Assembly: GCA_045837725.1 (NCBI GenBank)
Contig: JBEWZL010000237.1
Coordinates: 124,001 to 185,749, forward strand
DNA: 61,749 nt
Direction of reading: 5' to 3'
DNA from: Vermamoeba vermiformis
Taxonomy: Eukaryota
Positions within the stretch are counted from its first letter, which is position 1, and each line of letters opens with the position of its first letter. The notes beneath the pieces are model-generated. The model saw only the letters and a list, made by a program, of their open reading frames with translations, had not been told where the DNA came from and did not search any database. Of this stretch, positions 9,274-20,800 are shown piece by piece. A program made the translations under genes and the position numbers.

Positions 9274-11552
9274 CTACTTGTCCTTATTTAGAAATTTTTT
9301 ACAAGGGTGGTAATCGAGCTTGAAACAGGGCGGAACAACAGCCGTGGTGGCACTCGTCGAGGACTGCGACGATGACGTGGCAGTGTGTTGCATGCTGCGC
9401 ACGTGCTCATGCGTCTGTTCGCGAATGAGACCGATCACGTGCTCCAACACCTCGCTGTCACACGTGTCACTCACGCCCAACCGCTTCAACACATCACGTG
9501 ACTGCTGATCACGTGACGGCGCGCTGGTGGCACGTGGCAGTGACTTGTTCGAGTTGTGCGGTGAGCTCACACTGCCCCGCGGACGTCGCGCAGTGTGCAG
9601 CGTGGAGTGGTGGCACACATAGGCCCTGGTCGACCACTCGTACAGTGTCGTGCGCACGTGATACAGGTACGACTCCTCGTCGGGCCACTGCCGCCGCGTG
9701 CTCAACACCGCCGCGAGCAGCAGCGAGGTGTTGCTGGTGAGTGGTCCCCAGAGCCAGGCCAAGTCTTTGCCACTATTTATCGGCTCATCTTCCAGGGCCC
9801 ACACTGTCGCGTAGTTGTACACGTGCTGCGGAATAACTGTGCTCTTCGACACTCCCACCAAGCGAATTCTGTTCACGGCGAGGTGTGCCAGGGTGAGTCG
9901 GTTGCCTAATTTGGTAGTGTCGCACCACTCCACCGCGTGATACTGGCCGAGCAGCAAATATGCCAGGGCACGCACGCGATCGCGCACGAGACTCTGATTG
10001 CTGCCCTGGATGATCACTGGTCTGCCGCGCAGCAGCGAGTATACCAGGGCTCGAATCACGTGCGCGGAGATTGTGCCGTGATGTCGACCAATCAGCAGCG
10101 AGAGCAGTCCTTGACCACGTGCTCCATCTTGATAAAATTCCGCGGGCCAGAGCAGATCTACCAGGGCCTGTTGTTCCGCACTGAGTCCGAGGTCACGTGA
10201 CTGGTAGTTGAAGTCGAGCAGTGGCGTCTGATTCATGAACAGCGAGGATGTCACGTGCGGGTCTACATTCGCAGTCACGTGATCCACTGGCTCCACGCGG
10301 TACAGCACGTGAGGCAGTTGAAATTTCAGTAATGTCGTGTGCAGTGAAGGTCGCAGCCTATTTAGGTAATAGTCACGTGACAGCAGTTCGGGCAGTGCGC
10401 GCAGACTGCCGCGCTGTTGAGTCACGTGCCCGTCAGCCACTAGCGTGACAGGAGTGCGGAACAACAGCGACTTCAACAGCTTGGGCGTGTAGTGTCGGTC
10501 AGTCACGTGATGATCAATCTCGCGCGCAATCTCGAGCAGTTTCTTGCAGTCCTCGTCAGCCTCGGAGTCAGACTCAGCCCCTGACTCGTTGTTCGTGCTG
10601 CTGCTCGGTTCTTCCGCCGAGTGAAATGAATTCTCTTCTTCGTCCTCGTCCAAGTCACGTGATTCCTCGCCGTCACGTGCTGCACTCGTCTCGGCCAGCA
10701 GTTTGCTCTTGAACGCCGTCAAATCTCCGATCACCTCCGACACGGTGCTGGGCTAAAAATAGCTCGCGTCAGTGCTGGCAGTGGTGCGCAGTGACTTACC
10801 GTGGGCGGAATAACAGGCACGTGATCGTCGTTCTTGTCCTCGCGCACCGGGCCCTGCGCCATGACGCGCTGCGTGAGCTGCAAATCAGCCAAGCGACAGT
10901 CGAGCTCGTGCAGGAACAGCGCGTTGTTGTGCTGCTTGAGCGCCTCCATCACCACGCGCAGATCTCGCGCCATCTCCGAGAAGTGGCGATCGATCTTGTC
11001 CTGATCACGTGTCACGTAGACCAGGGCCAGGGGTCGCTGATAGCCACGTGCCTCAATGTCCAGCACGTAGAAGTGCACCACCACGGCGTGCACCACGTGA
11101 CTGGCACCGTTCAGTGGATCTGCACCACGCAGCACGGGGGAAGTGGCGGGAGATAGCGCGGGAGATGAGAGTACTGCCTTATAAGGCAATTGCATCACGA
11201 CAGTCCAGTGCTTGGTCCACGTGACAGGCTCGACACTCATGAAGCGCAGCACAAAATGATCGATCGGCAGCTGCGTCATGGCCTCCACTTGACTGCTCGC
11301 CACGTGGTCTGAAATCCACGCGCACGTGACTGACACGCCACTCAGCGAGGGACTGTCGTGGTCAGCGCGCAGCTCGTAGCCAGGATAGTGATGCAGCTCT
11401 GAGAGGTGCACTGCCGCGTCATTGCTGCTATTTATAGCCTCAGATCCGTTGTTGGTCAGCTCTTTGCCGCTCTGTTCTGCTGCCGTGAGTACGATGCGCG
11501 CGATAGGTCCTTCGATCTCACTGAACTCTGCTAATATAATGCAGTCACTCAT
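9274..11552 (-). CDS. SMCR8/folliculin-like longin-DENN protein, 2 exons
   Basis: N-terminal IILAEFSEIEGP and LDIEARGYQRPLALVYVT match SMCR8-type uDENN motifs. YSLLRGRPVII lies in the cDENN. In-frame intron 10799-10753. Confidence 0.75.
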
Positions 11553-12047
11553 CGCGTGGTGTTGAGTGGAATAGCAGATCTATATATAGCAATTAAATTG
11601 ATTAATTATTATTTGGGACTGGATCTGCTCTTGCAATGTGTCGTGCAGTATTCACAGTATCTCTGCCCTCTCTGTTAATATGCAGATATAATTAATTCAT
11701 TGGCACGCTATGCAAGGCAGATGAGCGAGTCCGCTTGACTTACGCGATCGAAACGTCAATTGAAGTACTGAATCCAAGGAGAGACGTCCAGCAAGGTGCA
11801 CGCAATATAGACAATGTAGTGATACTGCTCGGTGCTAGTTCGATCACATTAACGAACAAAATCTTTTTTTTATCGAAGTGATATTTTGAACTGGATTTGC
11901 TACCTGTCAACACAGCTCTGTTGCACCATGCTCCTTAGTTGTTGATCATAATCATTCGCATAATTACATACACCACGCAACAATAATTCAAGCGATTATT
12001 CAATTGCCTCTGCCTCATCCACCACTCTCCATTCAATTTCAGCGCTG

Positions 12048-14446
12048 ATGAGTGACAAACAAAAATCAGAGGAGGATAACAAGCCCAGTACATCGTCTGA
12101 TGAGAAGGGACTCAAAGGTAATCGATTCAATCGAATTCAAAAACAGATTTCATTTCAGTCTTCTTAATTTCCGGGCTTGATCTGCCTCTAATTGCTCCAA
12201 ACAACGAGATCATGTGGTAACGATATTAATACGCTATTATAGCGCGCGTCAAGAAAGCTCTCGCGCGGTTCTTCGTGCGCAGACCCGAGAAAAAAGAGCT
12301 GGAAGAGCGCAACATCCTCCACGACACTGCATCTGACGATCGCAAGCTGCGCGCCAAGCAATTGGAACTGCGCCTGTCTACACGCGTCAGCAAGGAGACG
12401 CTCGAACAGCTGCACATCTTGCAGCCCGGGCCCGAGTCCGATTCAGTCTCGCCACCTTTGTCGCCCACATCCAGCAGCAAATCCAGCGGCGTCAAAAAGA
12501 TACGCGACAAAGTGAATCGCAAGGCCTCGCAAATACGCGAATTCGTGCGCAGAACTACGCGCAAGGACGTCAAGTCCCACGACGATACTGACTTGCCTAA
12601 AAAGGAAACTAGTACACGTGTACACGACGCGCCCAGTCGTCGCGCGAAATTTAGCCGGAAATCTCGCTCGATGCCCGCTGTGGTCCGCTCGCGCAAGAAC
12701 AACGCGTACGTGTTTGGCGGATCATTGCCTAATATGGACATGAAGAATGTGGCGTGCGAGGGTCAGTTGGTGACAGTGCCATTAATAGCCACAGTCTGCG
12801 TGGACTACCTGTTGCCTAAAATAGAAATCGAAGGAATATTCCGTGTGTCAGGCAATCACACGGACATTGAGCGCATCAAGCGGCAAATTGACAAGACGCG
12901 ACAGTATCACGTGATCACGCAGTGCGACAACCCCAATACTGTCGCGGGCATATTCAAATCATTTTTCCGCGAATTGTCCGAGCCTTTGCTGACATTCGCG
13001 CACTACCAGCAGTTTGTGACAGCAGCGACACCTGACAAAAATAGCAGCAATCCCAACGACGAGGAGGCACGTGTCAAGCGTGCGGAACAATTGAAGGGCG
13101 TGCTGACTCGTCTGCCCAAAGAGAACTACGAACTGTTACTATATTTGGTATCGTTCTTGGTGAAGGTCAGTCAGTCAAGCAAAGTCAATCTGATGGACAG
13201 CAGAAATCTCGCGCTCATCTGGGGCTCGATCGTACTGCGCGACGAGCACGAGGACACGACCTCCGTGACCGCACTCACCAACACGAGTCACCAGGCTGCG
13301 GTCATGTCGCTGCTCATCGATCACTTTGAGCTCATTTTCAAGACTGCTAAAAATAGCGCGGCACCTGTCAAACCTGTCAACAACAACACACCGCCGAGCT
13401 CGATGAGTGCCACCATGGGCCCTGTTCCCTCGTCTTCCATGACCTCCACACTGACACCGATGACAGCCACTGTGACACCTGTCAACAACAGCACTCTGCC
13501 GCAGACCTTCAGCTCACCAGCCATGTTGACAGCTAAGCCAGTGACACCTGTCAACACGAGTGCTCCAATGAGTGCCCCTGTCAAAACACCTGTCACTGGC
13601 ACTGCTCCTCCCAAGTCACGTGGTCCATTGCCCGCACCACCGCCACGTGTAGGCAAAGCTGCGACGATGAAGGCGCCTGTCAAGACAGCAGCGGTCAAAT
13701 TCACCTCGGTGGAAGTGCCCTCCAACACCAACAGAGGGCCCACTAATGATAACAGCAACACCGCGGAACCAGCTGCGGCTAAAAATAGTCCACCGAACAA
13801 CACCATCCCCGTGCTCGGTGCTGCCTACCCAGTCTCCGTGGAGAAACGTGGCACAGTGCCAGGCGATGGCACACAGAGCTCGGAGCCCAAAAGCGAACCA
13901 ATGCGCGTGCGTGCCATCACTACAGGCCAGTCTGACAAAGAGACACATGTCAAAGCAGCACCTGCACCACGTGTCGGCAATGACAGCAATCAACCGCGCG
14001 TACCTGTGACACCTGTCAATTCGAGCACTCCACAAAGTGCCCCGGTCAAGACACCTGTCAACAACAGTCCTCCAATGAGTGTCCTAGTGACACCTGTCAA
14101 TACCAGCACTCCACAAACTGCCCCTGTCAAGACACCTGTCAACAACGGTCCTCCAATGAGTCCGTCGAGCAAGACACCTGTCAAACGGCCAGTCGTGCCA
14201 GCTGTCACCCCGCCCAGTGCGAGTGCTGTCAAAGATGCGCCCTTGCTCTCTCCGCCCTCCACGGCACCCAAGAAATCTCCCGCTGGACCCAAATCCCCAT
14301 CAAACACAGGTGCCGGACCCCTCTCCGTACCGCTGAATGTTGCTCCGGTCAAAACTCCCCCGACCCCGCCACCACGTGCCAAAACACCCGTGACCACTTC
14401 ACCGAAAGAACCGCGTCGATCGTATTCGCTGCAAACACTGAATTGA
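12048..14446 (+). CDS. RhoGAP with N-terminal RPEL (G-actin-binding) motifs and a Pro/Thr-rich tail, 2 exons
   Basis: RRPEKKELEERNIL and a second RPEL-like LSTRVSKETLEQLHIL. GAP motifs EGIFRVSG (arginine finger), KSFFRELSEPLL and NLMDSRNLALIWG. Intron 12118-12242. Confidence 0.88.
13350..14200 (+). repeat. Coding imperfect repeats (ACACCTGTCAA; TPVN/KTPV peptide units)
   Basis: About ten (ACA)CCTGTCA units, plus a ~26-aa tandem duplication at ~14000-14160. Confidence 0.8.
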
Positions 14447-14459
14447 TTGCGAATAGTCG

Positions 14460-15762
14460 AGTTGTAAATTATTAAACACACCTTATTTATTTGTACATAC
14501 AAGGGTACTGCAGCGTACATTAAATTGTGCGGGGCATCAGGGGCTGGAGCCTCTTGTGGTGGCACACTGCCAGCATTCTGCAGCTCTGCGTGGCGTTGTT
14601 CACTCTCGTGTCGCTTGGCCTCGGGCACATCGCGTTCACGAGATCTGCTGCGCTCTCGCTTGCGACCACTGCGCTCTTTGTTCTCACCGCGGTCACGTGA
14701 TCGCGATCGACTGCGTTCACGACGATCACGACGTCTGTCACCACCGCGGTCACGTGATCTTGAGCGCGATCTGGAACGGCGTGAAGAACGTCGTCTGTCA
14801 CCACCGCGATCACGTGATCGAGATCTGGAGCGCGAGCGTGACTTGCGCCGGTGCACTTTGCGCTGCCAATCATTCACTTTGCGATTCAGTTCGCGCGGCA
14901 CTGGTCGCAAGTGCATAAAGTTGCAGAAGCCACCGCGCGCACACTCGCCCATGTCGTACTGGCGACAGCGTGCCTCGCGGAAGTCAGTCACGGGGGACAG
15001 CTCGCAGATCAGCGGTCGACCTCCGTAGTAGCGGCCCTTGCAGGTCTCGAGGGCCTTGCGCGCAGCATCTTCTTCGCGGAACTTGACGTAGACATTGCCC
15101 ATCAAATGATCGCCGAGATTGGCGCAGACATTGAGCTCTTCGACTTCACCGAACTGCGCGAGTTCCGTGAACACATCCTCGTAGAACTCTTCAAAGTGTT
15201 TCTGCGCCTCTTCTTGATCGAACAGGGGCTCACCTGTCGGGGCATATTGATTGAAGGGTGGCTGGTACATGCTCGTGAACAGCACCGTTTGACTCTCCGT
15301 CGGTCGGTTGTGCAATCTGCTGCAGCGCTCACCGTGTCGACAAGCACCGATCTTGAAATAGAACGGGCAGTTGACTCTGTGCGGTAATAAATAGAAGGGT
15401 TAGATTATATTATTAAAATAGGAGGCGAGTGCTGTGCTATAATAAATACGTGCTCAACGAAGCAAACCTAAATTAAAATCTGTTCCTAAATACATGATAA
15501 TTTGTTAGTCCCTTTGTCAATAGGAATTATTAATATTAATATTTTATCTAACGCTAAATTAATTGTCCGAACATATTATGAAAAATACGAAAATGGTTGG
15601 ATTAATATGAAAAGATTTTTAGGCATTTGAGAAGATAGTTAATAATGAAAATAATTATTTAAATAATTATAGCTGAGTAAGCACATAAGTACATAATGTA
15701 AACTGGAGCGCATCTTACTTGTCTTGTTCGGTACCGTAGATTCGTTGTAAATGATCTGCCAT
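14460..15762 (-). CDS. U2AF1: Splicing factor U2AF small subunit (U2AF35); 3' end uncertain
   Basis: [37 protein letters not shown], a UHM (NLGDHLMGNVYVKF), a second CCCH finger and an RS domain. No in-frame stop until 13990. Confidence 0.93.
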
Positions 15763-15961
15763 TGTTGTGTGGTTATGGACAATACAATAAGTGTGGTTCA
15801 CAACAGATGATCAAATAGTTAAATGAATTGACACTCGGCTAAGCCTTTTCTCTTGGACAAGAACGAGCACGTGATTTGAAATTTCAGCCGAATGCTGTGA
15901 ACTTCTAGAACGATGAGTAGCTACATATGAATACTTTCGTTTATTAAACTAGGCAAGGGCT

Positions 15962-18637
15962 CTAACTGCGCAGAGGTTCAATAGTGATCAAAACCTTGTT
16001 CTCTTCGACCAGATCTCCGACCTTGTAATTGACGGCAGTGACGGTGCCAGCAAATGGACTGCGAATGGTGTGCTCCATCTTCATGGCCTCCAAGATGAGC
16101 AGACTCTGATTCGCACTCACCTGATCGCCCTTGTTCACACTCACTTTGATCACTTTGCCCGGCATCGGAGACTGCAGCGACGCGGCACTCGTCTTCGCGT
16201 CACGTGACACGGGTTCTAATTTAGGCAAGACGGGCTCCAGGGTGAGCTGACCGTTCACTGAATGCACGGTAATCTCGCCGTGAGTGCCGACCATGACGTC
16301 GAATTTCTGCAAAGTATTGCCGAGGTCAGCAGTCACGTGATACGAATTCGGTTCTGTGCCGCGCTGCACAGTACCGCGCACGTGTTTCATCACGTGTTCA
16401 GTGTGCTTGTCGTGCTGCACGGTGAGAGTGAGCGAGTGATCGGCGTGATAGGCCACGTGCACGGTCAATTCTTCCTGCGCAATGTTGGGGCGCCACTTGA
16501 ACACGCGCTCAGCAGTGTGATTCACGCGGAATGCATCGGCACTCTGCCACGGGTCACTGCTGTCACGTGCGGCGAGTTGTTCGTGCAGCACTGCAAACAG
16601 TGTCGCGTACCCGACATCACGTGGCTTGATGAGATCGTTGGCTTGCGGCAACAGCTCGTCTTTGAATTTCTGTCACGTGGTCAGTTCAGTGCATCACGTG
16701 ATTGCCTTATATAGACATACCGCAATGAAATTGGTCTCGACATTGCCCGCGATGAATTCAGGGTGTGCAGCACAGCGCTTCAAGAACTCAATGTTGTTGT
16801 GCACGCCTGCCACCTGTGTGTCACGTGATCAGTTACCAAATATAGACATCACACTCGCTGCACGCACCTTGTACTGTTCGAGGGCAGTGGTGAGTCTGCG
16901 CAGGGCAGTGGGTCGGTCCACATCGTGCACAATCAGCTTGGCAATCATCGGATCGTAGTACACCGACACCACATCGCCACTCGACACGCCGGTGTCCACG
17001 CGCACTTGCGACGAGCTCGCGGGGGGATCGTGCACCACCAGTGTGCCCGTTGACGGCAAGAAGTCCCTGACATTGCAATCAGTACCCTGCACACACACAC
17101 GTGTCTCCAGTGTCTTACTTGAGCGGGTTCTCAGCGTAGATGCGTGCTTCAAAGGCGTGGCCATTGATGCGCAGCTGTTCTTGCTGTGTGATGGGCAAGG
17201 GCTGACCATTGGCCACTCGGAGCTGCCACTCGACGAGATCGAGGCCCGTGATCATCTCGGTGACTGGGTGCTCCACTTGCAGGCGCGTGTTCATCTCCAT
17301 AAAGTAGTACTGATTGTCCGTCGTGTCCATGATGAACTCCACTGTGCCCGCACCTCTGTAGCCCACGGCACGGGCTGCATTCACCGCTGATTGGCCCATC
17401 GCACGGCGCAACTCTTCTGACACGCCAGGCTGTGACACGTGTCAATCAGTGACCTGCACCATCGCGCACATTCATGACTGCCACTTACCCCCGGAGCCTC
17501 TTCAATCACCTTCTGATGACGACGCTGCAGCGAACAGTCGCGCTCAAACAAATAGAGGTAGTTGTCGTAGTTGTCGCCGAAGATTTGGAACTCGATGTGG
17601 CGTGGCACCTGCAAATAGCGCTCGATCAACAGACCCTCGGAGCCGAACGATGCCTTGGCCTCGCGTCTGCTCGATTCCAAATTAGGCAACATGTCCTCGC
17701 TCTTCCAGACAATCTTCATGCCCTTGCCACCACCTCCCTTGACGGGCTTGATCAGCACGGGGTAGCCCATCTTGTCGGCCTCGCTGATCAGTCGCTGATT
17801 GTCCTGATCTTCGCCGTGATAGCCCGGCACTACAGGCACCTTGGCCTGCGACATGATGGTCTTGGAGGCACTCTTGCTGCCCATGGCTCTGATGGCACTC
17901 GCGGGGGGACCAATGAACACCACGCCGTGCTGGGCACACTGCTCTGCGAACACGGGATTCTGTCGCGCAGTTAGTCACTCGCAGCACACTAGGGACACGT
18001 GCTCTATTCAACGCACCTCGCTCAAGAAGCCGTAGCCAGGGTGTATCGCTTCAGCCCCGCTGTCACGTGCCACACTCAAGATGTGCTCCATCTTCAAGTA
18101 GCTCTCAATTGCAGGGGCGGGTCCGATGTGATAGGCCTCGTCTGCCATCTTGACGTGCATGGCGTGCTTGTCTGCATCCGAGTATACGGCGACAGTTTGA
18201 ATGCCCAGTCTGCGTGCTGTGCGCATCACTCGACACGCGATCTCACCTCTGTTGGCCACGAGAATCTTCTTGAACAGCGCTGCGGACAGTCAGAACAGAC
18301 AGGACGAGCTGTGTACTTACGCTTCTTGTCGTGCGTCGCGTACTGGCGAGTCTGCACGTGTGTGAGCACGGAGGGCAGCGTCACTCGCGCTGAAGTTCTC
18401 AATCTGCAGTGGTGAGGTCAGCAATATGATTTTTAATTGGACGTAATGCATGTCATATACATCGATGTGCCTTGCATTAACGTTAGAATTATTAAGATAT
18501 TTTTATTGAATTAATTTTTCAATTTTTTTGTTAATTGAAAGGACACCGTGTCAGTCGCGGACTTGACCCCGAGAATAGCGCATAATATGCACGGATTAAT
18601 ATACGTACCGAGTGCAGAGTCTGGTCAATAAAGACAT
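15962..18637 (-). CDS. MCCC1: Biotin-dependent carboxylase alpha subunit, most likely 3-methylcrotonyl-CoA carboxylase alpha (mitochondrial), multi-exon
   Basis: Motifs [66 protein letters not shown] and the biotinylation motif EAMKM. Transit peptide [17 protein letters not shown] from ATG 18637. Confidence 0.87.
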
Positions 18638-18852
18638 TTGTGCTCGTTGGGTGGATTTGATAAAAATAATGAGTATCAAAAATCAGCTGATTGACCTTTA
18701 ACAGACGTGCAATATCAATATAATAGTGTTGCCGATCATCTCCATAACCACTGCTGCTTATAATCGCTGCAATAGCTTGCAAATTAGTGAATGGCAATGT
18801 CATCAGAGAAAATGATACAGATGCGTGTTTATGTACACAGGAGTTGACAGGA

Positions 18853-19710
18853 TTAGGCCCCTAAACTATCGAGTTGTTCTTGTATATCTTCTAGATTACT
18901 AAACAATGCAAATAGCTCGTCGTGAGTGAGATCCAGTACGAGAGGTTCAGATGTACCCTGCGCAGTACGCGATTGACCAGCAGGACCTGCAAGATGCAGC
19001 TGCAACACTCCGCGCGTACGATGCACTGCACTGTTATGCGGACCAGCGAGCTCGAGTGCAACAGACCAGTCGGTGTTGGTCAGATGTCGACTCACCACTG
19101 GCGGTCGTTCATCCAGCTCTTTGACGCGCTGTCGATGCACTTGATATGCACGCAACAGAGCTCGCGCACGCATCTGTTCTACACCCAGTGTCTGCACCTC
19201 ACCGTAGAGCTGTTGTTCGTTGTAGTTCATGGCGCTCGCTTGTTCGAGTACGTGTTGGATCCACTCACCTAATAGGGCGTGGTTAGTGCGTAAATATATA
19301 TGTTGTTAATTATATGATTGGCGAGTGTTAGTAATGCGTTATATGCTATAGTCCATCAAGCAATTTCAGCCGAGGAAAAATCGAAAGAAAATAATTAAAT
19401 AATAATATTGAACGGTGTGAATGCGATCATACTGTTAATCGCTAGTATTACGACATTATCTAATATTCTAATTAAATTAATCGCAAAAGGCAGCAAAATA
19501 TCTATTACTACACTGCAGATCCATACCCACAGCCACAGCCTCGCCATTGAGCGGAGCACTCGTAGTACCATCCTCTAACTTCTTCTCCAACAACAACGAT
19601 TCATCGCGCATCAATCGCTCCAACACTTCTTTGAGCACTTCGAGCTCGAGTGTGTTGAATCCTTCGAGGCCCGATTGAAATTTCTTAGTCTGCGCGAATA
19701 TACTCGCCAT
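18853..19710 (-). CDS. COMM domain protein, COMMD10-like, 2 exons
   Basis: C-terminal COMM domain LTNTDWSVAL...LDLTHDELFALFSNLEDIQEQLDSL. In-frame intron 19526-19269. Confidence 0.8.
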
Positions 19711-19937
19711 GGTGTACTATATTGCGATGTTACTAGTGATTGTATATATGGAACTGCGCTGTTGTTGGTGTCAGGCACGTGCTGCAAAATTTCACTCACG
19801 AGTGACTGTTCCCGGCTCTTCATTCACACTACACGCGTGCACTACACTACTATAGGGGTGCACTTCATATACTAGGACATATTTATATATTATTAGTGCC
19901 TATCAATCGGAGCCTTGTACAATAACTAACAACCGCA

Positions 19938-20545
19938 ATGAAAATAACAGTTGAATTCAGGTACGTCATTTATATTCTCATCAATGCTTAAATATTTAAC
20001 ATTAATATATCTATATTGCTAGTATTTAATACCCTTGCATGCACATTGCAACTGCGAATTTTAAATAATTATTTTTTGATAATTTTCTCAAAATACGTGC
20101 CATATTGACTGTAATGCGGCAGTGGAGGTCTAGAGCTGCTCTTTGATAAGAAAAAAAATCATAGTCTCGAGTTTCCTGACGACAAAGAACTGACACTTCG
20201 CGATCTGGTACGATGGATCAAGGACCATCTGCTCAAAGAACGCGCAGAACTGTTTTATACCGACGATTCAGTGTACGTACACGCGATTATATGACCCCAT
20301 ATATATATATGAGTATGGAGCTAATTGTTGTTGCAGTCGACCAGGCATTCTAGTGCTGATCAACGACTGTGACTGGTAAGTGCTGCTGAATGCGCTATGA
20401 TGATCGATACAATACTATAATACACAATATATATATGCACCCACCACTCACACCATTGCTCACCAGGGAGTTGATGGACGGCATTGAATACAAAGTGCAG
20501 CCCAACGACACGATCGTGTTCATTTCTACGCTGCACGGTGGTTGA
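19938..20545 (+). CDS. URM1: Ubiquitin-related modifier 1, 4 exons (missed by the ORF track)
   Basis: Splices to MKITVEFSGGLELLFDK...[53 protein letters not shown]. Confidence 0.95.
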
Positions 20546-20800
20546 GCAGCTGTAGTGTGCAATAAATAGGACGCTTGTGTATATATTGCGCTGCATTCGA
20601 GTGCGTGTCTTAGTGAGTGCCTTGCGTAGTGTCGCTGAAGTGTCTGGTACGCCAGATCTACTAACCTATCTTTATATCGTCATCTAGTAGTACCACCCTA
20701 CTCATTACATGAGCTATATGCACCGCGTTCTATTCTCAGAAGTTTCCTAGACTCGCGCACAAATACACGCCCCAGTCAGTCGTTAGAATTACACTTCGCG

